Source: Macrostomum lignano (lineage: Eukaryota). From it: a DNA stretch of 64,000 nucleotides. The stretch lies in the NCBI GenBank assembly GCA_002269645.1, contig NIVC01000172.1, positions 458,558-522,557 of the forward strand, read 5' to 3'. Positions 22,216 to 35,100 of the stretch are shown one piece after another (positions within the stretch are counted from its first letter, which is position 1; each line of letters begins with the position of its first letter). The notes below the pieces were generated by a model, which worked only from the letters and a program-made list of their open reading frames with translations, searched no databases and had not been told where the DNA came from. A program made the translations under genes and the position numbers.

Positions 22216-24628
22216 ATGGTGTCCCTCATGCCAATCTCGGTTCTGTCGCAGGGCGCGGAGGAGGAGCGCTCGGAGACCGCCCGCCTGTCCTCCTTTGTCG
22301 GCGCCATCGCTGTTGGCGATCTGATCAAGAGCACCCTGGGCCCGAAGGGCATGGACAAGATCCTGCTGGGCGGTCGCAATGGCGACGGCGTGGAGGTCAC
22401 CAACGACGGCGCCACCATCTTGAAGTCGCTCGGCGTGGACAATCCGGCAGCTAAGATTCTTGTCAACATGAGCAAAACTCAGGACGACGAAGTTGGCGAC
22501 GGCACCACCTCGGTCACCGTGTTGGCTGCCGAGCTGCTTCGCGAAGCCGAGCAGATGATGGCGCACAAGCTGCACCCGCAGACCATCATCTCCGGCTGGC
22601 GCAAGGCCTGCGACGCCGCTCGTCAGGCTCTGGAATCGGCCGCTATTGACAACTCGAAGGACACGGCCAGGTTCCGCGAGGACCTCATGAACATTGCCCG
22701 GACTACGCTGAGCAGCAAGCTGCTCACCCAGCACCGCGATCACTTCGCCGAGCTGGCCGTCAACGCCATCCTTCGGCTGAAAGGATCCGGCAACCTGGAG
22801 GCTATCCAGCTGATCAAGAAGCTGGGCGGATTGCTCCACGATTCCTACCTGGACGAGGGATTCCTGCTGGATAAGAAGATCGGAGCTCAGCAGCCGAAGC
22901 GAATTGAGAAAGCCAAGGTGTTGATTGCTAATACGCCAATGGACTCTGATAAGATCAAGGTGTTTGGCTCCAAGATTAAGGTAACTTCAATTGGTCTCTG
23001 TCATTCTGGATATTAGGTCTCATTCACGCCATTCTTTCAAATCCCAGAATTCACGTCATTCTCCCAGATCCCAGAATTGCATGACGCCATTCTCCCAAAT
23101 CCCAGAATTGCATGACGTCATTCTCCCAGATCCCAGAATTGCATGACGCATTCCCACAGATCCCCCAATTGCATGACGTCATTCTCCCAGATCCCAGAAT
23201 TGCATGGCGTCATTCTCCCAGATCCATGAACTGCATGACGTCATTCTCCCAGATCCTCAAATAGCATGACGCCATTACCCTAGATCCCTAAATCGCATGA
23301 CATCATTCTCCCAGATCCCAGAATTGCATGACGTCATTCTCCCAGATCCCTAAATCGCATGACGTCATTCTCCCAGATCCCAGAATTGCATGACGTCATT
23401 CTCCCAGAGTCCCAGATCCCAAATCGCATTTCCTCCATCCGAAACGAACTGCCTCAATCCAGGTGGACGCCGTGGCCAAACTAAGCGAACTCGAGCTGGC
23501 CGAGAAGCAGAAGATGAAGGCCAAGGTTGAGAAGATTGTCGCCCACGGCTGCAACGTGTTCATCAACCGGCAGCTCATCTACAATTATCCCGAGCAGCTG
23601 TTCTCCGATGCCGGAGTTGTGTCCATTGAGCACGCCGACTTTGAGGGCATCGAGCGCCTGGCTCTGGTTAGCTCTTCTCAAATTTATGCATTCATGTCCC
23701 AATGTTAATCAGTCCTGTATTTGTCCCTTCATCTTGATTACTATATTCCCCTTAATTCCCTTTCTCCATTCCCTTCACTCGCATTCACCATTCCCTTCAC
23801 TCTCATTCACCATTCACTTCACTCTCATTCACCATTCACTTCAATCTCATTCACCATTCCCTTCACTCTCATTCACCATTCACTTCACTCTCATTCACCA
23901 TTCACTTCACTCTCATTCACCATTCCCTTCACTCTCATTCACCATTCACTTCACTCTCATTCACCATTCCCTTCACTCTCATTCACCATTCCCTTCATCC
24001 CCAGGTACTCGGCGGCGAGATTGTATCAACATTCGACTCGCCCGGCTCGGTGAAGCTGGGCGAATGCGACCTCATAGAGGAGGTGATGATCGGCGAGGAC
24101 AAGCTGATCCGCATGAGCGGCGTGCCCCTTGGCGAGGCCTGCACCATCGTGCTGCGCGGCGCCACCCAGCAGATTTTGGACGAGGCCGACCGGTCTCTGC
24201 ACGACGCCCTGTGCGTGCTGCAGCAGACTGTGCAGGACTCTCGCGTCATCTGCGGCGGCGGCTGCGCCGAAGCCCTCATGGCCGTGGCTGTCAGCCGCCT
24301 GGCCGCCCAGACAGCCGGCAAGGAGGCCATCGCCATGGAGGCCTTCGCCAGGGCGCTGCTGCAGCTGCCCACCGCCATCGCTGACAACGGCGGCTACGAC
24401 TCGTCCGACCTGGTCGCCCAGATTCGCGCCTCGCACGTGGCCGGCCAGTCCTACATCGGGCTGAACATGACGGACGGCGTGCCGGCCGACATGCGCCAGC
24501 TGGGCATCACCGAGTCGCTGCGCGTCAAACGCCAGGTGCTGCTGTCGGCTGCCGAGGCCGCCGAAATGATTCTGCGCGTTGACGACATTCTGAAGGCCTC
24601 GCCCAGGCCGCGCCGCCCGGAGCACTGA
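22216..24628 (+). CDS. CCT2: T-complex protein 1 subunit beta (CCT/TRiC chaperonin), 530 aa
   Basis: Exons 22216-22980, 23463-23666 and 24005-24628 (1593 nt). Contains [38 protein letters not shown] and [11 protein letters not shown]. Confidence 0.97.
23040..23410. repeat. About 31-bp minisatellite carrying TGACGTCA, in CCT2 intron 1
   Basis: Units resemble GCATGACGTCATTCTCCCAGATCCCAGAATT; homologous to the upstream array. Confidence 0.9.
23765..23998. repeat. 22-bp minisatellite (TTCACTCTCATTCACCATTCCC)n, CCT2 intron 2
   Basis: Direct inspection. Confidence 0.9.
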
Positions 24629-25234
24629 GCGAAGCAATTTGGCCGAGTTCCGTGTAGCTTCATCTTGAGTTGGAAACTATTATAATTGTTTTTTTTTCTA
24701 TTGTCTCCCCGGGGAAAGCATGCAAGAATCTGTCTGCAGCCGTTTGTCCTATATCTATATCCAGCCGCCTAAGTGCGTGACTACAATAACTACTGAAGTG
24801 CTTTTTCTACTACGCCATTTTTGTTACGTACACCTTGTCTCCCCTGTCTGCATTAGTTGCTAAGGCTTTTACGAAGTTCTAATTAAATATAGGAGTTCTG
24901 CTTGAAAATTTAAATATTGAAGTGTACTACTGTACTGTCAAGCACCACAGTATGTCTCTGTCCATCTATGCTTACCTTTGTTTTGCAACAGCGAGTCTGT
25001 CTCTCCCCCTCCGATCACCAATGCAGCTTGTTAATCGAACACGCAGGTTTGTTTTCTGAGTAAAATATCGTAATAAATTCTCAGCGCGTCTTAATTGACA
25101 AGATCAGCTGTCAAGTTGAAACTAGCTGCCGAAATTCCAAGCGTATTGATGCTTATTGTTGGATACATAATTGCCTTAATGTGTCTTTGTGCTTTATGAA
25201 TTCCCGGTCATATACCGGCTATGATTCAGGTAAT

Positions 25235-26085
25235 AGAATGTACTAGAATCCCAGGTCATTGAATGTACTAGAATGTAGAATCCCAGGTCATTGAATGTAC
25301 TAGAATGTAGAATCCCAGGTCATTGAATGTACTAGAATGTAGAATCCCAGGTCATAGAGTTTAGTAGAATCCCAGGTCATGGAATGTACTAGAATCCCAG
25401 GTAATGTAATGGCTAGAATCCCAGGTAATATGATGGCTAGAATCCCAGGTAATATGGCTAGAATCCCAGGTAATATGATGGCTAGAATCCCAGGTAATAT
25501 AATGGCTAGAATCCCAGGTAATATGATGGCTAGAATCCCAGGTAATGTAATGGCTACAATCCCAGGTAATATAATGGCTAAAATCTCAGGTAATATAAAG
25601 GCTAGAATCCCAGGTCATAGAATTTAGTAGAATCCCAGGTCATAGAATGTACTAGAATCCCGGGTCATAGAATGTACTAGAATCCCTGGTCATAGAATGT
25701 GCTAGAATCCCAGGTCATAGAATGTACTAGAATCCCTGGTCATAGAATGTGCTAGAATCCCAGGTCATAGAATGTACTAGAATCCCGGGTCATAGAATGT
25801 ACTAGAATCCCAGGTTCCCAGGCCATAGAATGTACTAGAATCCCAGGTTCCCAGGTCATAGAATGTACTAGAATCCCAGGTTCCCAGGCCATAGAATGTA
25901 CTAGAATCCCAGGTTCCAAGGTCATAGAATGTACTAGAATCCCAGGTTCCCAGGCCAATAGAATGTACTAGAATCCCAGGTTCCCAGGTCATAGAATGTA
26001 CTAGAATCCCAGGTTCCCAGGCCATAAAATGTACTAGATACCAGGTAATAAAATGGCTAGAATCCCAGGTTATACAACGAATAAG
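25235..26085. repeat. About 25-33-bp minisatellite (TAGAATCCCAGGTCATAGAATGTAC)n between CCT2 and ACSS2
   Basis: Direct inspection; several variant blocks. Confidence 0.92.
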
Positions 26086-26193
26086 AGTCCCTGGTCATAG
26101 GAACTCTAACTATCAATTCGTTTCCAACCCACAGCAATCAAGCATCGCATATTCTAAGAAACCAGTCTGAAGGTTCTGACAAACTGAATAATC

Positions 26194-29100
26194 ATGTCAT
26201 CGGCGCAGCTTGAGCAGCACCACTTGGATCTGCAGCAGCTTCAGCAGGTGTTCGAACCACCGGCCGCTATCCAAACCCGAGCCCACGTGCCCAGCATAGA
26301 GGCCTACAGGGACATGTACCGCCTGTCAGTCTCCGATCCAAATAAGTTTTGGCGCCAGATTGCCTCGGAATTTTACTGGCACAGCAAGCCGGATGGCGCG
26401 GAAGAAGCCCCGATTCTGGACTACAACTTCGACCTGAGCAAAGGCGGCATTTACGTTCGCTGGTTCAAGGGCTGGCGCACCAACATCTGCTACAATGCGC
26501 TCGATAGGCACGTGCTGGCGGGCCGCGGTGATCGCGTTGCCTTCTACTGGGAAGGCAACGACCCAGAGGACAGGACGTCAATTACCTATGCTGAGCTGCT
26601 GCAACAGGTGTGCTAAATTTCATTACTTTCGATTAAAAATGCTCATTATACTACTACATGTTGCGTAACAAGTAGGTTGTATCGTTTTAAAATTCCGACT
26701 GGAGTTTATTATTTTGTTAGTATCCGACTTGGCGCCATTTTAGTATCCGACTTGGCGCCATTTTTAGTATCCGACTTGGCGCCATTTTTAGTATCCGACT
26801 TGGCGCCATTTTTAGTATCCGACTTGGCGCCATTTTTAGTATCCGACTTGGCGCCATTTTTAGTATTCGACTTGTCGCCATTTTTAGTATCCGACTTGGC
26901 GCCATATTTAGTATCTGGCTTGGCGCCATATTTAGTACCTAGCTTGGCGCCGTATTTAGTATCTACCTTGGCGCCGTATTTAGTATCCAGCTTGGCGCCA
27001 TATTTAGTATCTGGCTTGGCACCATTTTTAGTATTCGACTTGTCGCCATTTTTAGTATCCGACTTGGCGCCATATTTAGTATCTGGCTTGGCGCCATATT
27101 TAGTACCTAGCTTGGCGCCGTATTTAGTATCTACCTTGGCGCTGTATTTAGTATCCAGCTTGGCGCCATATTTAGTATCTGGCTTGGCACCATATTTAGT
27201 ATCCGACTTGGCATCATATTCAGTATCTGGCTTGGCGCCATATTTAGTACCTAGATTGGCGCCGTATTTAGTATCTAGCTTGGCGCCATATTTAGTATCT
27301 GGCTTGGCGCCATATTTAGTATCAGACTTGGCATCATATTTAGTATCTGGCTTGGCGCCATATTTAGCATCCGACTTGGCATCATATTTAGTACCTAGCT
27401 TGGCGCCGTATTTAGTATCTGGCTTGGCGCCATATTTAGTATCAGACTTGGCATCATATTTAGTATCTGGCTTGGCGCCATATTTAGCATCCGACTTGGC
27501 ATCATATTTAGTACCTAGCTTGGCGCCATTTTTAGTATCCGACTTGGCGCCATTTTTAGTATCCGACTTGGCGCCATTTTTAGTATCCGACTTGGCGCCA
27601 TTTTTAGTATCCGACTTGGCGCCATATTTAGTATCTGGCTTGGCGCCATATTTAGTACCTAGCTTGGCGCCGTATTTAGTATCTACCTTGGCGCCGTATT
27701 TAGTATCCAGCTTGGCGCCATATTTAGTATCTGGCTTGGCACCATTTTTAGTATTCGACTTGTCGCCATTTTTAGTATCCGACTTGGCGCCATATTTAGT
27801 ATCTGGCTTGGCGCCATATTTAGTACCTAGCTTGGCGCCGTATTTAGTATCTACCTTGGCGCTGTATTTAGTATCCAGCTTGGCGCCATATTTAGTATCT
27901 GGCTTGGCACCATATTTAGTATCCGACTTGGCATCATATTCAGTATCTGGCTTGGCGCCATATTTAGTACCTAGATTGGCGCCGTATTTAGTATCTAGCT
28001 TGGCGCCGTATTTATTATCTAGCTTGGCGCCATATTTAGTATCCGACCTGGTTTGTCTAATTTTTGCTATCAAACACAATTCCAATGATCAGGTGTGCCG
28101 TTTTGCCAACGTGCTGAAATCCAACGGCGTTAAGAAGGGCGACCGTGTGGCCATCTACATGCCCATGGTGCTGGAGCTGGTGGTTGCTATGCTGGCCTGC
28201 GCTAGGATTGGCGCAGTTCATTCTATTGTGTTTGGCGGCTTCTCTGCCGGTTCGCTTGCCGATAGGATTATCAATGCCAAGTGAGTGGCTGCCTGCCTTC
28301 CCGCCCTCCCCTACCCTCCTGTCTGCCTCCCGCCCTCCCCTACCCTCCTGTCTGCCTTCCCGCACTCCCCTACCCTCCTGTCTGCCTCCCCGCCCTCCCC
28401 TACCCTCCTGTCTGCCATCCCGCCCTCCCCCACCCTCCTGTCTGCCTCCCCGCCTTCCCCTACCCTCCTGTCTGCCTCCCCGCCCTCCCCTACCCTCCTG
28501 TCTGCCTTCCCGCACTCCCCTACCCTCCTGTCTGCCTTCCCGCCTTCCCCTACCCTCCTGTCTGCCTCCCCGCCCTCCCCTACCCTCCTGTCTGCCTCCC
28601 CGCCCTCCCCTACCCTCCTGTCTGCCTCCCTGTCCTCTCCCCCTACCCTCCTGTCTGCTTCGGTATCTTCGTTTCGAATACTTCCCAATTTGGGGATATT
28701 GTCCTCTACTGCAGTCCCTGTCTCGATGCCACCCGCACTAACAGATGCCACATCCTGATCACCTGCGATGGCAACTGGCGCGGCACCAAGCTGCTGTCAT
28801 TGAAGAGCATCGCAGACAAGGCCATGTCAATCTGCATCGAGGAGGGCAACCCGGTTGTCACCTGTCTGGTTGTCAGCCACGTCAAACGGCCCCGATTCGG
28901 CTCGGACGAGGCAGACGGCGACTCGCACAGTTCAAAACCGGGAATCCGGCCGGCCAAAGATTGTCCGGTTGAGATGCTGGCCGGCAGAGATGTCTGGTGG
29001 CACGAGGCGATGGCCAAGGAGGACATCAGCGACGACTGCCAGCCGGAGTGGCTGGACGCCGAGGATCCGCTGTTTATGCTGTACACCAGCGGCAGCACCG

Positions 29101-32100
29101 GCAAGCCCAAAGGCGTGCTGCACACTGTGGGCGGCTACATGGTCTACTCTGCTACCACTTTCAAGTTTAGCTTTGACTATCACCTGGTGAGTCTGTTGTT
29201 TTCACTTGTGTTTTTTGCTATCTGGGTGATTGATTTCACTGAAGACCTTGGTAATTTTCCATGAAACCCTGATGACCGCCCGAGTGATATTCTAAGAAAC
29301 CCCTGATGACCAGCTGAGTGATATTCCAAGAAACCCCTGATGACCAGCTGAGTGATATTCCAAGAAACCCCTGATGACCAGCTGAGTGATATTCCAAGAG
29401 ACCCCTGGTGACCAGCTGAGTGATATTCCAAGAAACCCCTGATGACCAGCTGAGTGATATTCCAAGAAACCCCAGATGACCAGCTGAGTGATATTCCAAG
29501 AAACCCCTGATGACCAGCTGAGTGATATTCCAAGAAACCCCTGATGACCAGCTGAGTGATTTTCCAAGAAACCCCTGATGACCAGCTGATTGATATTCCA
29601 AGAAACCCCTGATGACCAGCTGATTGATATTCCAAGAAACCCCTGATGACCAGCTGATTGATATTCCAAGAAACCCCTGATGACCAGCTGAGTGATATTC
29701 CAAGAGACCCCTGATGACCAGCTGAGTGATATTCCAAGAAACCCCTGATGACCAGCTGAGTGATATTCCAAGAAACCCCTGATGACCAGCTGAGTGATAT
29801 TCCAAGAAACCCCTGATGACCAGCTGAGTGATATTCCAAGAAACCCCTGATGACCAGCTGAGTGATATTCCAAGAAACCCCTGATGACCAGCTGAGTGAT
29901 ATTCCAAGAAACCCCTGATGACCAGCTGAGTGATATTCCATGAAACCCCTGATGACCAGCTGAGTGATATTCCAAGAAACCCCTGATGACCAGCTGAGTG
30001 ATATTCCAAGAAACCCCAGATGACCAGCTGAGTGATATTCCAAGAAACCCCAGATGACCAGCTGAGTGATATTCCAAGAAACCCCTGATGACCAGCTGAG
30101 TGATATTCCAAGAGACCCCTGATGACCAGCTGAGTGATATTCCAAGAAACCCCTGATGACCAGCTGAGTGATATTCCAAGAAACCCCTGGTGACCAGCTG
30201 AGTGATATTCCAAGAGACCCCTGGTGACCAGCTGAGTGATATTCCAAGAAACCCCTGATGACCAGCTAAGTGATATTCCAAGAAACCCTTGATGACCAGC
30301 TGAGTGATATTCCAAGAAACCCCTGATGACCAGCTGAGTGATATTCCAAGAAACCCCTGGTGACCAGCTGAGTGATATTCCAAGAAACCCCTGATGACCA
30401 GCTGAGTGATATTCCAAGAAACCCTTGATGACCAGCTGAGTGATATTCCAAGAAACCCCTGATGACCAGCTGAGTGATATTCCAAGAAACCCCTGATGAC
30501 CAGCTGAGTGATATTCCAAGAAACCCCTGGTGACCAGCTGAGTGATATTCCAAGAGACCCCTGATGACCAGCTGAGTGATATTCCAAGAAACCCCTGATG
30601 ACCAGCTGAGTGATATTCCAAGAAACCCCTGATGACCAGCTGAGTGATATTCCAAGAGACTAATGCAGCTGGTTTATAAAGCAATCATCAACCATCCGGT
30701 GCGCGCAGGAGGACATCTACTGGTGCACAGCGGACATTGGCTGGATCACCGGCCACTCGTACGTTGTTTACGGACCAATGGCCAACTGCGCCACATCCGT
30801 GATGTTCGAAGGCCTGCCAACTTGGCCTGACGCTGGCCGCTGCTGGGATGTTGTTGACAAATATAAGGTGAGCTGATGACATCCACTGCTGTGGCAAAAC
30901 ATTCTCATTTGTATTCAACATCCGTAACAATGTTATACATGTTAATATATATTCCCGAATTTTTACTCCGCCAGGTCACCACATTCTACACCGCGCCCAC
31001 CGCTATTCGCACTCTGATGAAGTCCAGTGACGCCTTCGTTGAGCGCAGCAGCCGGGCCAGCCTCCGCATCATCGCCTCAGTTGGCGAGCCAATCAACCCC
31101 GAGGCCTGGCTCTGGTACCACCGTGTGGTCGGCCGCTCCCAGTGCTCCGTTGTTGACACGTTCTGGCAGACCGAAACTGGCGGTCACGTGATCACCCCGC
31201 TGCCCGGCGCCACGCCTACAAAGCCCGGCTCCGCCTGCTTCCCATTCTTTGGAGTCCAGCCGGTGCTGTTGAACCCGGAGACTGGCGATGTTATTGAAGG
31301 CCCCGGCGAGGGCTACCTGGTCTTCGCCGGGCCCTGGCCTGGCATCATGCGGACCGTTTTTGGTGACCACCCGCGCTATGAGCAGGTCTGCTCACACTGC
31401 TCTATGTTCTCTAATTTACGTGCCTCTCAACTCCCTATAGAGCCCGCCTCTCCGCTCCCTACTGAATCCACCTCTCCGCTCCCTACTGTATCCGCCTCTC
31501 CGCTCCCTACTGAACCTGCCTCTCCACTCCCTACTGAACCTGCCTCTCCGCTCCCTACTGAGCCTGCCTCTCCGCTCCCTACTGAATCTGCCTCTCCGCT
31601 CCCTACTGAGCCTGCCTCTCCGCTCCCTACTGAGCCTGCCTCTCCGCTCCCTACTGAGCCTGCCTCTCCGCTCCCTACTGAGCCTGCCTCTCCGCTCCCT
31701 ACTGAGCCTGCCTCTCCGCTCCCTACTGAGCCTGCCTCTCCGCTCCCTACTGGACCTGCCTCTCCGCTCCCTACTGAATCAGCCTCTCCGCTCCCTACTG
31801 AATCAGCCTCTCCGCTCCCTACTGAGCCTGCCTCTCCGCTCCCTACGGAGCCTGCCTCTCCGCTCCCTACTGAGCCTGCCTCTACGCTCCCTACTGAGCC
31901 TGCCTCTCCGCTCCCTACTGAGCCCGCCTCTCCGCTCCCTACTGAGCCCGCCTCTCCGCTCCCTACTGAGCCTGCCTCTCCGCTTCTTCAGTGCTTTCAC
32001 CTGTCTGTGTATGCAAATACGAGTACTTAGCAATCCACTCTTTATAATCATTATTCAGACCTACTTCTCCAAGTTCAACGGCTACTACACCACTGGCGAC

Positions 32101-35100
32101 GGTGCTCAACGCGACAAGGACGGCTACCTGTGGGTCACTGGCCGTATTGACGACATGATCAACGTTAGCGGGCATCTGTTGAGCACTGCTCAAATTGAAT
32201 CCGCCCTAGTTGAGCATCCGAAAGTCGCTGAAGCCGCCGTTGTTGGACGGCATCACGATGTCAAGGTGTGTTTGCGATTCTCGACGCCGTCAAATGATAG
32301 GCCATGATAATTGTCCCCGTAGCGATCGGAAAACTCCGGCCCTCGGGCCATATGCGGCCCGCCAAGCCTCTCTATATGGCCCTCTGGTTCTTTAAAACTT
32401 CACAATACGAGATAGCAATCCCGCCTAAGATATGTGTCTCTTCTCAGCTCTCTCAGCCTTCTCTCCTCTTCCTTCTCTCATCTCCAATCTCTCATCTCCC
32501 ATCTCTCCTCTCCCTTCTCTCATTTCCCCTCTCTCCTCTGCCTTCTCTCCTCTCCCCTCCTCTCCTTTCTCTACTCTCCCCTCTCATCTCCCTTCTCTCC
32601 TCTCCCCTCTTTCCTCTCCCTTCTCCCCTCTCCCCTCTCCCCTCTCGCCTCTCCCTTCTCCCCTCTCTCCTCTCCCCTCTCCCCTCTCATCTCCCTTTTC
32701 TCCTCTCCCCTCTTTCCTCTCTTTTTCCCCCTCCCCTCTCCCCTCTCGCCTCTCCCTTCTCTCATTTCCCCTCTCTCCTCTGCCTTCTCTCCTCTCCCCT
32801 CCTCTCCTTTCTCTACTCTCCCCTCTCATCTCCCTTCTCTCCTCTCCCCTCTTTCCTCTCCCTTCTCCCCTCTCCCCTCTCCCCTCTCGCCTCTCCCTTC
32901 TCCCCTCTCTCCTCTCCCATCTCCCCTCTCATCTCCCTTTTCTCCTCTCCCCTCTTTCCTCTCCCTTTCCCCTCTCCCCTCTCCCCTCTCGCCTCTCCAT
33001 TCTCTCATCTCGCCTCTCCTCTCTCTCCTCTCCCCTCTCCCTTCTCCCCTCTCCCCTCTCGCCTCTCCCTTCTCCCCTCTCCCCTCTTCCCTCTCCCCTC
33101 TCATCTCCCCTCTCCCCTCTTCCCTCTCCCCTCTCATCTCCCTTCTCCCCCCTCCCCTCTCCCCTCTCGCCTCTCCCTTCTCCTCTCCCATCTCCTCGCC
33201 TCTCCCTTCTCTCCTCCCCCCTCTCGCCTCTCCCTTCTCTCCTCTCTCCTCTTTCCTCTCCCCTCTCCCTTCTCTCCTCTCTCCTCTTTCCTCTCCCCTC
33301 TCCCTTCTCTCCTCTCTCCTCTTTCCTCTCCCCTCTCCCTTCTCTCCTCTCCCATCTCCTCTCCCCTCTCTCCTCTCCCTTCTCTCCTCTCCCCTCTTTC
33401 CTCTCCCCTCTCTCCTCTCCCTTCTCTCCTCTCCCCTCTTTCCTCTCCCCTCTCTACTCTCGCCTCTTCTTTCTCTCCTCTCCCCTTGTTGTGTATGAAC
33501 TTAAGTTCTATGGTTTATGGGCGAAGCCTTATTCATATTTTAAGCATAGCAGCCAGCTACTTCGCTGCTGAAAAATATACGCGCTGCATGCATCTACGAT
33601 CTCTTCCTAACTCGGCACCTTGCATTCGTCTCCGTTACTACGAAAAGTACAACATGGCGACGAGGAAAATTTAATTCTCCGGGGGACGATACTGCAGTCA
33701 CCAAATCTTCATTCCGGTGTCTTCCGGACTCGACTTCCAACTGGGGGAGATGCCGCTGTGCTACCCCGATGTCGAACAGTATTTCAAGCGCCTCGGTTTT
33801 TACATTAGCGCAACGGAAAAGAATGACCAGAGCAAAGCCGTTCTACTTGCTACTTGTGGTGATGCCGCATTTTCACTGATTGAGACACTTGTGCAGCCAG
33901 AAGACATTTTAAACGATACAAAGTGTACGTTCGATTTCATCAAAGAAGCGGTACTGAGCCACTTGAAACCCAAGCGCCTTCTTCACTACGACAGACATCT
34001 GCTACATACTATGGTCCAAATACAGGGTGAGTCGGTGACAAAGTTTTTGGAGAGACTGAAGACACAGGCCAACAAATGCGAATTCGGCAACCTGCGAGAA
34101 GAGTTAATTCTTTCTCAGTATATTTTCGGACTGGCTGATAATTCTCTGCAGCAAAAAATACTAGTGAAGGAAAAGCTGGATCTAGAGACTGCGGTTAAGG
34201 ATAGTCTCTTATCGGAGTCCGTATCTCAAGCCACTGATTCGAGCAAAACCGTCGCAGCAGTGCAGAAAACCACTCACAAGAAGACCGGCAGCAACCAAAA
34301 GTATCCAACGGTATCCAGGCCAATGCCAACAGCGCCGAATCATTCTAAGTCTAGCTGCCATTCCTGCGGTAACCCGGGTCATCTTAGAAATACCTGCAAG
34401 CTCCGTAATGCGACATGTCACAAGTGCGGAAAAACCGGGCACATTGCCAGAGCATGCAGGTCCAACATCGGTAGCAGCAAGAAAGTCACGTACGCGGAAG
34501 TTGAAGCAACCGACGCTGACCCACCTGATTCAGCTGTGTACTCGGTGATCAAGGCTACTCCATGCGACGAACTCTGGAAAATAGTCTGCACGATCGGTGA
34601 TTCCACAGTCCATATGTGCGTCGACTCTGGTAGTCAGGTAACAATTTTGTCAGTAACCATCGTAGAGCAAGCCGGATTGCACATGGGTGACGCGGACATT
34701 CGCTCACTCAAAGTTTTCGGGGGAGCTTCAGTTTCCGTACGAGGCATGGCTAAGGACGTCACGATTGAGCTGAGAAATGGCAAAACGGCATGCGGAGACA
34801 TATATGTCGGGGACCCATCTAGTCAAGCCATTTTGGGAATAAATTTTATTCGTGCCTTCAACCTATTGACGGTAGACGAATTTCTGTGCCATCCAGTGCA
34901 GTGTGATGAAAATTCAAGATTCCAGGCCAGCTTTCGCCTGAAGGACGGGGCCTCTACCGATGAAATGTGCTTTCCTGCCAGATCCCTTCCGTTCTCAATT
35001 AAAACTTTGGTTGAACTGGAGCTGAAAAGACTGGAAAGTGCAGGTATCATCTACCCAGTTCACTCGCCTAAGGTATCGTGCCCTATTGTTCCTGTGTTGA

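Noticed and set aside
22032-24663. Antisense ORFs over CCT2 (likewise over HADHA, the GPCR and the Gypsy ORF)
   Set aside because: These are shadow frames expected from GC-rich codon usage.
29260-30660. CRISPR-like appearance of the 28-35-bp arrays here and at 16320, 39580, 40550 and 41685
   Set aside because: The units are head-to-tail with no unique spacers, there are no cas genes, and the context is eukaryotic.
26677-33674. Repetitive ORFs ([29 protein letters not shown]), some fused to ACSS2 exons
   Set aside because: They are intronic tandem repeats. The spliced ACSS2 model is complete and of normal length without them.
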